Below the pieces are notes generated by a model that was given only the letters and a program-made list of their open reading frames with translations, had not been told where the DNA came from and made no database searches. A stretch of 45,684 bases of DNA from Octopus bimaculoides (Eukaryota), in NCBI RefSeq assembly GCF_001194135.2, contig NC_068999.1, positions 18,796,685 through 18,842,368 of the forward strand, in the 5' to 3' direction. A program made the translations under genes and the position numbers. Below, one piece after another: positions 1 through 12,863 of this stretch (within the stretch, counting starts at the first letter, position 1; every line of letters begins with the position of its first letter).

Positions 1-38
1 TGTGTGTGTGTGTGTGTGTATGTGTGTGTGTGTGTGTA

Positions 39-69
<31 letters not shown>
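1..69. repeat. (TG)n microsatellite
   Basis: Directly visible. Confidence 0.98.
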
Positions 70-73
70 ACAG

Positions 74-171
74 AATGTTGGGGAAACGTATAGACAGATA
101 CAGAGTTTTGTATGTGCCGTATGATTTCGCGTCTTCTTTTCGTGGTTCTAACTTATCGACATCACCGAAAG
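74..171 (+). CDS. Candidate exon (98 nt) after a (TG)n tract
   Basis: TACAG| acceptor and strong AAG|GTAAGA donor. Only one frame is open: MLGKRIDRYRVLYVPYDFASSFRGSNLSTSPK. The poly-pyrimidine tract is atypical (TG repeat). Confidence 0.3.
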
Positions 172-2725
172 GTAAGAAAACAATTTAATTTTGCCGGTTT
201 GGAGACGTGCCTTGTTATTGAATATTCCACTGTTGGATTATTTGATGCAGTTAACAACAAACTGGTAGAACGTGATATATTTTTATCATGTATTTTAGAT
301 ATGTGAAATTAAAATCATACGTTGCAGCTACTGATATTCCTTTCAATATATTTAATGCTACCGTATTTATCTTTTATTGCGTGAGATGTTATTTCCGAAG
401 GTGTTTTCTTTGCGAAGACATATATTCTTATATACCCATATATCTGCTATATATTTTGGGAAATTGTTTTTAAGACATGTAACTCAAGCTTAAAATTGCT
501 TTTATCCAGTATTTATGAAATACGTTCCATGATTCAGAGTCATGTGAGTTACAATTCCAATTTAAATCTGAAACACATTACAACTTTTGCTGGAGACGTT
601 TGGATGTGATTAAACACTTCAGCGCCTTAGTATAGATTTTAAGATAAATAATATTTCGCAGAATAGCCAATTTTTTTGATCTCAAATTGTACTGTTTGAA
701 ATATCTGAAAAAAAAAAAAAAAGAATACATAAAAACAAGGAAAAATCAAGAAATAGCATAAAAGCAGGAAATACTGTATGGAATCATCAATTACAATATT
801 CTGAAAACATAAAATATATTTTCCAAATTTATAGTTTGTACTTATTTTTCATTTCATGTGAAGCGAAATGAATTGATGCATGGAAAGTAGTACTGTTTCC
901 TCATCAACGTACAGTACATGAGTTTGAAATGAACATGAAACTGTTCTACTTTAATTTATTATCGGTATAAATTGAAGTCAATTATTACAGATAATGAGTC
1001 GTTTTTCAATATTTCTATACATTGTGCTATTCGTTAGGCGCATGCCTCCTCTGTCAAAGCATATTCATTTTAAAGGACACTTCGACTTGTGATTTCAGTG
1101 TTTTGTATTCCAAGCAAAATAGCTTCTTTCAACTAAATCATTGAAAACATACATTTTGTAATTAAAGTGTAATAGTTTAATACAAGTCCACTATTAATTA
1201 TCGGAGCACAAATGAATTTGAATTTAGGTGTCGTGAAAAAGCTAATATTTGCAAAACAAGCATATGATATACCGCTGCGCCGGTTCATTGGTATTGTTAT
1301 CAGGTTCATTGATGATGTTCTATGCTTGTATGTAATTATTTTCGTTTTTGCGCGATTGTATCGATATTTCAAGTTGACAGTAAATAATTTGCTAAAAGAA
1401 TTACAGCAATAGCTCTATTACGTTTATTTTTACCTAATATATTAATGTTTAAATTCATAGTATGCTGTCAATTCAAGCATATTTCAACCTCAACCATTCT
1501 TTTCAACATACGACACATATGTAAATGGATGATTTTGCATTTGCCTGGTGATGTATCACATTGTGCGATATAATGTCTAACAACTCCTAACACTAAAACA
1601 AACCAGCAATGTTTAGACCGCCAGGCATTTTGGAAATTTCACTGAAAAGAGAAAAGTCCATACCCTATTGCAATAGAAAATCTATATTGCATATATCGGT
1701 TCATATTCTGCTTAGTTTGAAAGTAACAATCTCCTGTACAATGTTAATGATAGGTAATTATCGAGTAATTACGTAATGGAATGTAATATATATCTCTTAT
1801 GAAATAATATTACATGAATATTTAATCTTCAGTCAATATTCATTTATAAATTGTACCTTAGTTTCGTATCTTACTTACTCATATTTCCTTGGTAATTGCT
1901 CTTGGTTATAGAATAAATCATTAGGAATTGTTTCATCATATATTTATTTCGTAAGAAATGCAGAAAGAACACCATAAGCAGTCTGTTGTATAGTTTGTAT
2001 ATTAAGACAAACGTTTCATTTTTTCGTAATGTACCATCTGCTTGAAACTTTCATTTGGTAAGTCATGATTCGGACCTTTATGTTGCGCTGCTTAACACGG
2101 CCAAAACAGACATTATGTTAGCTATTACAACACAAGATGATTGTTATCTGAACTACGTATCAACCTATTTCATTCTTGTTAATACGTTCCAACATTTGAC
2201 GAAGTGATTGCATTATGAGTAACATAATAACAGCATGTCTGATATTTCACTTGTATAATTTCGCTCTGAATGAATTAAATTATATTTATAGAAAGCATGA
2301 AATAAGTAAACAAGAACAAAGAATAGAAAGTCAAAATTATTGCTGTAAATTATTCACTACAGACAAAATGAGAAAAAAGAAAACTTCTCAAACTATTGAT
2401 AAATTAAGTTTCACAATATTGATAAATAGTTTACGTCAATAATATATTCAAAGACTGCGTGAGTTGTATGCCAATCATGAGACTTTTCACTATTTTTCCC
2501 AATCGTAGAATTTACTTAATGTTTTCTAAGATTTCATTTCAAAAGTGTATTTCCTTTGTGTGAAATACAACAATAATCTCAAAAGAGTAGAATTCAAATT
2601 TCTGATATTATTTTTCGAGCATTTAGATATAATATTTTGTGTAGCCTATACTTCTTGACCTAGAAAAGAGATTTCTATAAGAAACGGTTTAAACAATTTC
2701 CATTAGAATACATAAGGAACTTATG

Positions 2726-3570
2726 NNNNNNNNNNNNNNNNNNNNNNNNNNNNNNNNNNNNNNNNNNNNNNNNNNNNNNNNNNNNNNNNNNNNNNNNNNN
2801 NNNNNNNNNNNNNNNNNNNNNNNNNNNNNNNNNNNNNNNNNNNNNNNNNNNNNNNNNNNNNNNNNNNNNNNNNNNNNNNNNNNNNNNNNNNNNNNNNNNN
2901 NNNNNNNNNNNNNNNNNNNNNNNNNNNNNNNNNNNNNNNNNNNNNNNNNNNNNNNNNNNNNNNNNNNNNNNNNNNNNNNNNNNNNNNNNNNNNNNNNNNN
3001 NNNNNNNNNNNNNNNNNNNNNNNNNNNNNNNNNNNNNNNNNNNNNNNNNNNNNNNNNNNNNNNNNNNNNNNNNNNNNNNNNNNNNNNNNNNNNNNNNNNN
3101 NNNNNNNNNNNNNNNNNNNNNNNNNNNNNNNNNNNNNNNNNNNNNNNNNNNNNNNNNNNNNNNNNNNNNNNNNNNNNNNNNNNNNNNNNNNNNNNNNNNN
3201 NNNNNNNNNNNNNNNNNNNNNNNNNNNNNNNNNNNNNNNNNNNNNNNNNNNNNNNNNNNNNNNNNNNNNNNNNNNNNNNNNNNNNNNNNNNNNNNNNNNN
3301 NNNNNNNNNNNNNNNNNNNNNNNNNNNNNNNNNNNNNNNNNNNNNNNNNNNNNNNNNNNNNNNNNNNNNNNNNNNNNNNNNNNNNNNNNNNNNNNNNNNN
3401 NNNNNNNNNNNNNNNNNNNNNNNNNNNNNNNNNNNNNNNNNNNNNNNNNNNNNNNNNNNNNNNNNNNNNNNNNNNNNNNNNNNNNNNNNNNNNNNNNNNN
3501 NNNNNNNNNNNNNNNNNNNNNNNNNNNNNNNNNNNNNNNNNNNNNNNNNNNNNNNNNNNNNNNNNNNNNN
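2726..3570. other. Assembly gap (N run); other gaps at 21137-21700, 23890-24220, 25375-25398, 36749-36888, 37458-37467, 39215-39314
   Basis: N characters; most gaps abut microsatellites. Confidence 0.99.
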
Positions 3571-3881
3571 ATATATATATATATATACACATATAGAAAG
3601 CAACATACGTATAGAAGTCAGATTATGTACGTGTGTTTAAGTACATATATATTCACACATTCTCCATTATCTCCACGAATATTGTTGAGATTTTCAATAG
3701 ATATGAGAAAATAATGTCTACACGCAAACACACAATCAAGATGTTTGAAAAGGTGAATATAATCTATTTGATCGAAAAGATGTTGCACTGTCACAACGTA
3801 TAACACGATCACAATTTATCTTTCTTCTGAGGCTTATGTCAATGATACCGACCAGAAAATTGTCATCTGCCTAACCGATGA

Positions 3882-3957
3882 CTAGGCCAGTCTACTAGCT
3901 CTAGGCTAGTCTACTAGCTCTAGGAGAGTCTACTAGCTCTAGGCCAGTCTACTAGCT
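3882..3957. repeat. Minisatellite, 4 x 19 bp (CTAGGnnAGTCTACTAGCT)
   Basis: Four head-to-tail units differing only at positions 6-7 (CC, CT, AG, CC). Confidence 0.95.
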
Positions 3958-4299
3958 GAAGAATTTCTATAAGTTCGTACTGTTTGACCTAATGCAGATT
4001 TTCCATATTAAATGCAGAAAAAACGTGTTGGTATCTGTCTGACCATTCGAATCGTCTAACCCTTCGTTGTGCTTTTTGCATTACTCTCCAAGAAGCTAGT
4101 ATCTAACATTCCCATCTTGCATCCAGCATGGCTTTCCAATCTCTGACTAGCAAGAAAAAGGAAGAAGTTGCAATAAAATGGACACCTAAAAGAATCCCAC
4201 CTCACCAGGGACCTGTGACATTTTACACACTTATTCGAAAACTCTGTTTCACTACTGTTCTTTCTCATCACTACCGTCTTACACACTATATCCTAGAAA

Positions 4300-4514
4300 A
4301 TATTTGATAGTGGGAGATCCACATGTTCCCTATACAACTTTTATGACATTCTATACGTTGGATATTCAGATTTCACGAAGCAGGAATAGACACAACTGAT
4401 TTCACACGACGTACTTCAAATTACTACACTAAGCACCATTCTTCAATAAATACAAACTCTCAACGATCTCTACGACTCCTTCGACTTCTCCCTTCTCTCA
4501 ACCAATACGCTACA
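4300..4514 (+). mobile_element. Possible LTR 3' portion (truncated solo LTR)
   Basis: AATAAA at ~4445 followed by a pyrimidine-rich stretch ending ...TACGCTACA (CA terminus). No matching second LTR or TG start was found. Confidence 0.3.
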
Positions 4515-4559
4515 TTGTTATGAGTGTTTGGCTAGTCCATTGTTCCAATACCACAAGGG

Positions 4560-4825
4560 TGTCAATGACTCTCGTGGCAGCATCTCCCACTTTGGCGATT
4601 TACTCCTGTTGGGAGTTCATATTATACTTTTTACTATTTTAATTTTTCGTTCACCGCAACTACTTTTCGAGATTTTTCTTCCTAGGAAAGTTCACTATGT
4701 CTTCCGTTTAGACTCTTCTTCCAACCGTTCTGTTTGTTTCCTCTTTCTTGTGCTGCTATGCCTAGGTTTGACCTCGTGTGGCGTTGGAACATCAAAAGAG
4801 TCGTAGAGCGCTTTCATTGGCATCT
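4560..4825 (-). mobile_element. Retroelement-like ORF C-terminal fragment, copy A
   Basis: Minus strand 4823-4695 encodes MPMKALYDSFDVPTPHEVKPRHSSTRKRKQTERLEEESKRKT*, homologous to the plus-strand copy at 5021-5161. Assignment to a retroelement is inferred from context. Confidence 0.5.
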
Positions 4826-5020
4826 CTTTTCTTCTTTCCGTATATCTATTTTTAGCTGGTTTAATTTAGCGAAAATTAAGAATGGAAAGTAGATTTGGTT
4901 AGATGGCGTAATTACAAAATGCATAGGTAAAATAATGTATTGGGTAAAATTTAGAAAACACATACAAAAGAGACAGAGGAACCAACTGAAAAAATGGTAG
5001 TGGAAATCGAATCAAAGCAG

Positions 5021-5300
5021 ATGGAGGAACCGAAGGAATGCTTGTGCGATACGTTCTAAGTACCAACGCCACTACAGGTGATTGGACCCAGGAGTACAAG
5101 TGAGGGGAAACGGAAACATACAGAGATCCTGAAAATAGATGCCGAGCGCAAAAAACATTAGATTGTAAGAAAACAAAAACTCAAACAAGGACGTTGGGGT
5201 GAGTAAAACACATTATTGATAAATAAAATGACACTTCCTAAGAAAAACTTAAAGGGGGATATGTTGTAGGGAACTTGTACACCACTCGCACGTGACGAAC
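5021..5300 (+). mobile_element. Retroelement-like ORF C-terminal fragment, copy B
   Basis: 5021-5161 encodes MEEPKECLCDTF*VPTPLQVIGPRSTSEGKRKHTEILKIDAERKKH*. The downstream DNA also aligns by eye with copy A. Confidence 0.5.
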
Positions 5301-5329
5301 GGAGTAAAGAGAAATACGTGAAGTACCGG

Positions 5330-6930
5330 AATACGTAGTAGGCCGTGTGGTGTGTTCGGCTTTGTGTTGCGGTCTGTTATAATTTTATCCTCTGAAGTTT
5401 ATTGTTGATTTCCATTGATTTTGTCGCAGGTTTTCCCTTTTGAAATTAATTTTGTTTTAAAATCTATTTAAAATATGTTAGTGTCTTGCGACACATTGTT
5501 AGCTTTCGCAGGCTCGTTTTCTGATGATTTCTCCGTTTGGGGTGAAGCGTTTACATTTTGTTTATGGTGTCCTACACAAAATGGATGACGACACATTTTT
5601 GAGCCATGGGAGAGCGAGGATGAAGAGGATTGCACAAGTGCTTCCGTATACAGGACAGGTGGATATGCGGTCGCAGCACGAAGAAGGATTAAAGGTTACA
5701 ACATCAAGCCTCAGGCAGTCAAGAAGTTCCAGTCATTTCCTCGGGAGAAGAGAGACAACATAAGGGTAAATCTCCCCAGGGAAATTATGGAAGGATGTAA
5801 GAGAAGAACAATTCTTTATAGGACGCTATCTTTGAAGACCAGAAAATAGAGATAGATTCGATAGAGGAAATTGAAAAAAAGTGTTAAAGCCTATTATGTA
5901 TAAATCGGCGTACGTTAAGCGCGAAAGAAAGTTTGGAACGGTAGAAACGCAGTTTGTGGCTGAGAGCGATGCCAAGATAGACTCGTCGACCACCCCACAG
6001 ACCAGAGGATTAGCTCTTCTACCGTCACATCTTTAAGAACGTCGAAAATAATGATAAACCCGGAAACAAACCAATGCGGCTCCTGGCAGCGGCCTTGGCC
6101 AACATAAAAGATGAGGTGACGCTGTTGGAGTTGGCAGAAAACAGTACCCAGAACTGGTGTAGTAAGAGCGACAATCCAGTCCACACCAACAGATATTGAT
6201 AACCTACCGGAGTTTGCCATCCTTCCGGATGATACAAGGGTCACTGTTCAGAGAAGAGTACTAAAGTGCTTCGGGTGTGGGAAAAAGGGACACATAAGAA
6301 AAACATGTCCTCAGCGCCTAGAACTTAAAACAGGGAGAAAGCCAGATGGAGGCCAGTATACAGCAGGACAAAATAAAAAGAAGGAGAATAGGAGGAGTTG
6401 ATGGTGGAGACAGAGAAAGATAAACCGTCTACCTCAACGACTACGGAGGAGAAGCAGACGCAGGAGGGGTTGGTGGAAGGAGACAGTCACGACGGAAGAC
6501 GGAACACCGTTGACAACTTCTACAAAGGTAAGTGGCAGTGAATGGCAGGTGGCTGGGAGGAAAAAGAAAATCACATGATCCCTTCTCCCACAAACAAGAA
6601 ATAAAAACCAAACTTGCAACACTTTACAAACAAGAAAACACATGAGCACAGAAACAGACGAAAAGAATTAAACATATGAAAAACACAAGACACTGAGGTG
6701 ACTTCCCCAAGTAAAGTGAAAAAGAAAAATTTTGATAATATATGTTAGTTTTTATTTTAATGTTCAATGATGTTGCCTGGGTTGTGAGGCACGGGTCACC
6801 ATCAATTCATTTTTTCATTTACTAATCATACATCTGCTCATTCGATTGTTTCTTTTTTTTTTTGCTCCCACATGTGAGTCCTGTAAGGCCTCGTCTTTGT
6901 TGGTCCCTTGCGGACAATAAAAGGAATAAG
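5330..6930 (+). mobile_element. Degenerate L1/Tx1-type non-LTR retroelement: 5' UTR-like leader, ORF1 and 3' UTR-like tail, no visible ORF2
   Basis: GT/CpG-rich leader, broken ORF1 from ATG 5581, CCHC knuckle, basic W-x-V-x-x-RKKK motif, then a T-rich tail with AATAAA at 6916-6921. Boundaries are approximate and no TSD was identified. Confidence 0.7.
5581..6730 (+). pseudogene. LINE ORF1 (gag-like, zinc knuckle) pseudogene
   Basis: Open frame 6120-6401 reads PRTGVVRATIQSTPTDIDNLPEFAILPDDTRVTVQRRVLKCFGCGKKGHIRKTCPQ, with a CX2CX4HX4C motif at 6267-6308. Upstream GGYAVAARRR and downstream SEWQVAGRKKK lie in other frames. Confidence 0.8.
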
Positions 6931-8256
6931 TATGTCTTTGCTAGTTTTACTTAGTATACTCTATACCGAAGTGGGTGTTAAAGCAACTGAACATTTAGAA
7001 GGATTATAGCACTCTTCAAGTCAGCGTATTTCCCCCCAGTAAATGTTGATCTGTTTTATCAATAATTCTATGGAATTTTCTCGTTTCGTCGTGTTATTTG
7101 ATTTATATCTGGTATACGATTTTGTTGTTGAATTTAAATGGTATATATATGTTAGGTTACTGAGTAGTCCGTTATAGGACATAAGTAGAATGTCAGTGTT
7201 TATTTTTAAAGTTTGCAGAATCTTTATTGATGTTGATTCATGCCGTGTAGGTTCGATTATATCCGGCAGCAATTGATCTTTTTCATTATACATGATATAC
7301 ATAGGGTTACATTTGCATTTAGTGTGTTGATGTGATCGGTGTTTGTGGTAGTGCTGGACATTGTGTTGTTATTGGAATCTTGGCATGACTTCTCTTACCC
7401 AAAGTCATTGTTATTATGGAGATGGCAGCTTTGTTTCTTCAAACTTCCCTTTTAAGTGGACAATTATTCATTCATTCCATTTGTCAACACAATTTCTGAA
7501 CGGGCATAGATTAGTAATCTCAAGTGCGATAATGCTCCAGTTAGTGTGCTGATGAACACTGCATGGAGCATAATCACAAATAAAAGCTTACACTGGATTA
7601 TAAGTTTTTACACTACAAGGTGTAAAATTTATCTTTTCGCTTTTCCTATTGTGGATGTTGATTTCATGACCGATTAGCTTTATTGTCACATCTAATGAAT
7701 ACCCAACATCGTTTCGTTTCAGCTTGGGCAAACATATTCCACCACTCCGCAGATATTCATTTCTTCAGCACCATTGCACTATTGCACATCATTTCCTATA
7801 TACATCAATAAATGAATAATACTCATTTTTTATTGACTCTGTGAAATGTTCCTCCGCTTCCACTTCAAACACAAAGCTAACAGCTCTAGATGTCTTTCTG
7901 GTCCCATATTATTTGTTCTTTATCTTCCACCCACCTTCTATGCTGTTACAACTATAAGAAAGCGCAACTCGATTCGTCCATACGAGATTGAGGTGGAGCA
8001 CTCTAGTGCATATATGTATTTCTATGTGTTCCTGAATAATTTTGCTTTCAGTTTCATGTGACTTTCATGGTTGTCTTTTAAGTAAACTGCATTAAATTTT
8101 AGGCAGAAATAACATGTAAACGGAAGACATTATGAAGCCAAACCGGGGAGAGGAAACCATGCTGCAAACAAGATCAAAGAGAAACTCTTTGTATTGCTTT
8201 CATTTGTCCTCTTATTTATTGATACAAGCTATTTTCCTAATATTTACAATATCATC

Positions 8257-8382
8257 GTCGACTTTGCCTTTCGTTAATTTGCGTCGGTAAAATAAGCACT
8301 TATTGAACTCTGATGTCGGGGAAATCGATTTAGACCCGCCCCAGATATTTCTGGACTTGTACCAACATTTGAAATAAATATT
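8257..8382 (+). mobile_element. SINE fragment, same family as 11304-11483
   Basis: GTCGACTTTGCCTTTC...TAAAATAAGCAC...CTTGTACCAACATTTGAAA aligns by eye to the reverse complement of the 11.3-kb copy. Confidence 0.65.
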
Positions 8383-8788
8383 TTCACTATCCTGATAGAG
8401 AATTTTTTTATAGTTGTAAGGAATAATTTATCAAGTGTTGTAGCATCTTTTAACCTCAGTTATTCTATAGCATAATGACATGGATCTTTGATCATATTCT
8501 TGTTGGGGTTTACGGCATAATGAATGAGGCATAAAATCCAATTTCATTATCAGGAAACCGTTTTCGAACAAGTCTACTGTTGATGTGCTGGATATCATAT
8601 TTAGGTTACAAACAGGTTTACTTGTGGTGTCTTATTGTTTTCTTTATCTGAGTTATACTAGTTATATTAAAAAGTGTATCAACTCCATTGACACACTTAA
8701 ATATTGCGCTCTCCATATATGACTTAGATTTTTTGGTGTGTATGTGAGCATTTGAGCGTATTTGTGCAGATGTTTGTGCATATGAACC

Positions 8789-8921
8789 TGTGTATGTGTG
8801 TGTTTCTGTGTGTCAGTGTTTGTGTGTGTGTCTGTGTGTGCGTGCGTTTCTATGTGTGTGGGTGTGTGTGTGGGTGTGTGTGCGTGCGTCCATGCATACG
8901 TGCGTGCATGCGTGCACGCGT
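8789..8921. repeat. Compound (TG)/(TGCG) microsatellite
   Basis: Directly visible. Confidence 0.9.
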
Positions 8922-11303
8922 ACTCCCATATGTGATTCGTTTGTATTTTGAAATGAGTAATATTTGAAAATTATCAGTTAATGTTTCGCATATCTTCTGC
9001 AGAATAGGATGCTGATTACCTGTCTGATATCCAAAGAGCATTGCGTATCGTACTCACTCACATTATGATAATTAGTTCATATAGAATGCACAGTCATAAA
9101 CAGATTGCATTTTACCAATTGTAGCATGCAACCTGTCTTAACATATTTTGTATTCTTAGAAATTAAATTATATGCCCACTACAATGCGAATCTGATTAGA
9201 AACACCATGATTTTGGAGAGACAGATGATATAACTAAATATCAATTACAGTGTTATTACAACATATTTGACACAACACTGTACATAATAAAACCGAAAAT
9301 AATTTAAACTTGGCTGTGCAAAAGGACACTCTTTCATAAGGAATGTTAAGAAGACAATTCCTCTGTTCAATGAAATACAGTTGATGTCATGGATCAAGTG
9401 ACGAACTGACAAAGCCGAATAAAGAGTAGAATTTTCAATCACAAATTGTTATTACTTCTCTACACGCCTATCGGTATTTTCGGACGTGGCAGGAACATGA
9501 TATATACGGAAACGCTCCAAAGCGAAACATAACACAAACGCCAAAATGTATCTATTGTTCTATGTATCATATTCTTTTCTTTCCATGTCGGAATGCAATA
9601 TACATGTATAAATTTAACGTGTATCTGGTCGGGATGTGCATATACATTCGTATACTTCAGAAGGTAATTAGAAATAGAATGAATATATGAATTAAGCGAG
9701 AAAGAATATATAAATTTACAACCCTGATAGAAATAATGAGAGAGAGGGACAGACAGACAGACAGACAGACCGACAGACCGACATACAGAGAAAGGCAGAC
9801 AGACAGAGCAGAATCAAAATCAATAGATGGGAAAAACTGAGTATTAACTGATGTGATACGTTACTTATTAATAGCAATTATAAATCAGTATGACTTAATA
9901 ATATTTACACTTTGTAACATACAGATGGCATGTTTGGTTCTTTGGGACCGAATACTCGGAGACAAAATTAACGCAACTGGATTCTTTTTATTTCAATACA
10001 TTGTGGATTTACTCTATAAATCATAACTATGTATAAGGCTAAATAATGTTTTCTTTTTGTAGTTCAGATTCGATTATATATTTCTGCATTTTCAATTAAA
10101 ATTCTTGCTGTTGAAATACTAATCGTAGATACCAACGGCTCTCTTAGAAAAATAAGTATCTACTTTTCTAATTGAACATACTTCGCTACTTTGATTTTAA
10201 TGTGAATGTTATTTTCTCTGTTTTGTGAATAACCTGTCTACTCTTGCTTCTTATTTTAGCCGAAAGCATAATATTGCAAAAGTTTCAAGTAGAATTCAGT
10301 TTGAGAACATTGCATTTCTTTCTCGCAGAAAAAGAATTTGTAAATTTAAATTCTATTATGAAATAAAGTTATAATACATGAATTGCTTTCATGTTTGCAA
10401 TTCTTCGCAACGTCTAATGCACAGAACCTAACATCCAAATAGATGCAAGGCGTATATATCCTTATATCGTTCGTGTTTCTACAAGAAATTTAGTGTTTCT
10501 GCATTATCATTTCCCAATACAATATTGCATCCCTCCAAGTCATTCCATTTACCAGGTGAGATATTTTCTTGTTGAACATTAGAAACCATATAAAGCGTAA
10601 GCTGATAATGCAACACTATGTGGCCAGTAGCCCTGCAAGGAATATGACAGAACCTTGCTTCAAATAATATCTCAGTGTCTTAAATGGTGAAAAAAGCAAT
10701 AGTATATTGTAAACAAAAATATATCCTAAATATACGATGTAAAAGATAATGGGCTTTTTTCTAATGATTTTGCATTAATATGCTACACATAGTCGAAAAT
10801 GAGGCATGAATTAAAATATTTATTTTTCAATGAATATTACATGGACAGACAATATAAAGCTGAAAACATAAGCAGTAGCATGCGCTAAATAGATGACTTT
10901 TTATTGTAATAAATCAACATTATAAATTACTCCAGACGGAGACTTCCAGTTTTAAATGAAATGAGCGAACCGCTACAGATTTGATATTTCTCATGCTTTA
11001 ATATTCTTCATATAATTCATCGCAGTAAATGGAGGGTATACATGGGAGTAAGAGTAAATATTTTTTTAAAAAAGGCTTTAATAATCCGCATTTTGGAAAA
11101 AGAAATAAACCAAAAAGAAAATAGGGTACAAAATATTTTTGTTCATAGAAATATACGATTAATAACCTTAATTAAAATCTTAATTAAAATGAAATTTATA
11201 CTGATGAATGAGACCATTGAATAAGTAATGAAATTATTTAATGTTTAGATACCTAGAAAGGAGAACAGTAAGTTTCGATATGATAGACAAAACTAATATC
11301 TCC

Positions 11304-11483
11304 TAATATTGGTTTCAGCTTTAGCACAAGGCCAGCAATCTCGGAGAGGAGATAAGTCGTTTACATCGACCACAGTTTTCAGCGGGTAATTATTTAAGCG
11401 ATCCCGAAATATTGACAGGTAATGTCGACCTCGGCGGAATTTGAACACAAGACGTGAAAATCGAACGAAATGCCGCTAAGCAT
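11304..11483 (-). mobile_element. tRNA-derived SINE remnant (Octopus-type)
   Basis: Contains GCACAAGGCCAGCAAT...GTCGACCTCGGCGGAATTTGAAC...AAATGCCGCTAAGCAT, whose reverse complement carries a B-box-like GTTCAAATTCC. Matches an abundant Octopus SINE by recollection and is homologous to 8257-8382 and 45291-45443 in this window. Confidence 0.75.
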
Positions 11484-12290
11484 AATTGAAAGAGGAGCGG
11501 CAGTTTGAGAGAATCCCGACAAATTTCGATAAAATTCATTGCACTGCTCATTTAAGTTCTATGTTAGAATCTTTCAGTAATAAATTTTAGCATTCACATC
11601 AAATTGTCTGTTATTGTTCCTAGTGTTAACAACAATATTATTGTAATTCTAAATTATTTCCTCTCACTATTATAGACCTTAAATTTGTGCAAGGTAATAA
11701 CATTAGGATATTTTGTTTTTATATTATTCTGTTCTATAATATATGACGGAATTTAGAAAAAAGATAACATCATTTACGAGCGAATTACTGAACATTCATA
11801 TTATTCTCATTTCAATGCGCTAAGTCGCGAAAATTGGATTAGTGTTTTAATCGGGTAAACTTTCATATCAAAGATCGCCAGAATCTAAGCAGTGTATTCT
11901 TTATTCTGTTTCCCAGAGGAACTAATTTCAAAAACTTATTTCAATCACTTGATTCAATGGAACATTTATTTTTGTCTAAATAACTGTGTATAAAATAATA
12001 GGCTTTTATACAGAGATAATTATATCAGCATATTCTTGTTATTTTACTAAACGTTATATTTAATCATTAACTTAGAGAGATAAAATCTGGATTTGTTAAT
12101 CAGGAACATGATTTAAATGGCCATACACTGCAGGACAAAGTATAGAATGTAATAAACACTACGCCGAAACGTTAGGCACATCATAAGCAGAGGAACATTA
12201 TTTAAAGTACATTTATGGAGATACAGTGATTTATCAGTTGACTGGCAAATTGATTACAGATTCTGTACCCCATACTTCTCTCACTCATTC

Positions 12291-12372
12291 ATATACACGT
12301 GTGTATGTGAGTGCGTGTGTGTGTGTGTGCGCGCGTGTCTGTGTGCGTTTGTGTGTGTGTGTATGTGTGTGA
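12291..12372. repeat. Compound (TG)/(CG) microsatellite
   Basis: Directly visible. Confidence 0.9.
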
Positions 12373-12863
12373 TAACACGGTCTGAATGTTAACACAACTA
12401 AGCAGGTCAAATAAATATGTCGCTTGGACAGACACGAATAATGCTTAAGGCTCAAATCTGTTTCCCAAGGTATTGACACATGATACCATTAAGCGAACAC
12501 ATAGAGAGATGTGTGAGAATCTCCATTGAAACTTAAGTCTCCATTTAGTAATGCAATGAAACAATTTCTATGCAACAACGGTTAAATACGGAAAAGAAAT
12601 TTATTGTAAAATACAATTCATGAATTCATGCCTGCACATGAACATAACAAAATTTTCGATTTTGTAAATACTGTAATTCATGAACACATAACAAGCTTTG
12701 TAAATATCACATTCCATGAATGTATAACTTCTTAATGTAAATATAATAAATTCATGGCCTAAAACAGTAAATGCCTCCCAGGCTTCTACTTATAACACTC
12801 AATAATTAACTCCCCGTAGATATACTTAACTACTGCTTCATTTATAAAACAACTCCCTTGCTT

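Noticed and set aside
1212-1412. ORF containing IRFIDDVLCL, resembling the Penelope-type RT catalytic motif
   Set aside because: It is a single short motif; no other RT motifs are visible in any frame nearby.
2675-3640. Long ORFs (289-305 aa) in the ORF track, and similar ones at 20855-21857, 23786-24370, 36696-36959 and 38966-39436
   Set aside because: They read through N gaps and have no real coding content.
3882-3957. CRISPR-like array
   Set aside because: The units are contiguous with no unique spacers, there are no cas genes, and the context is eukaryotic.
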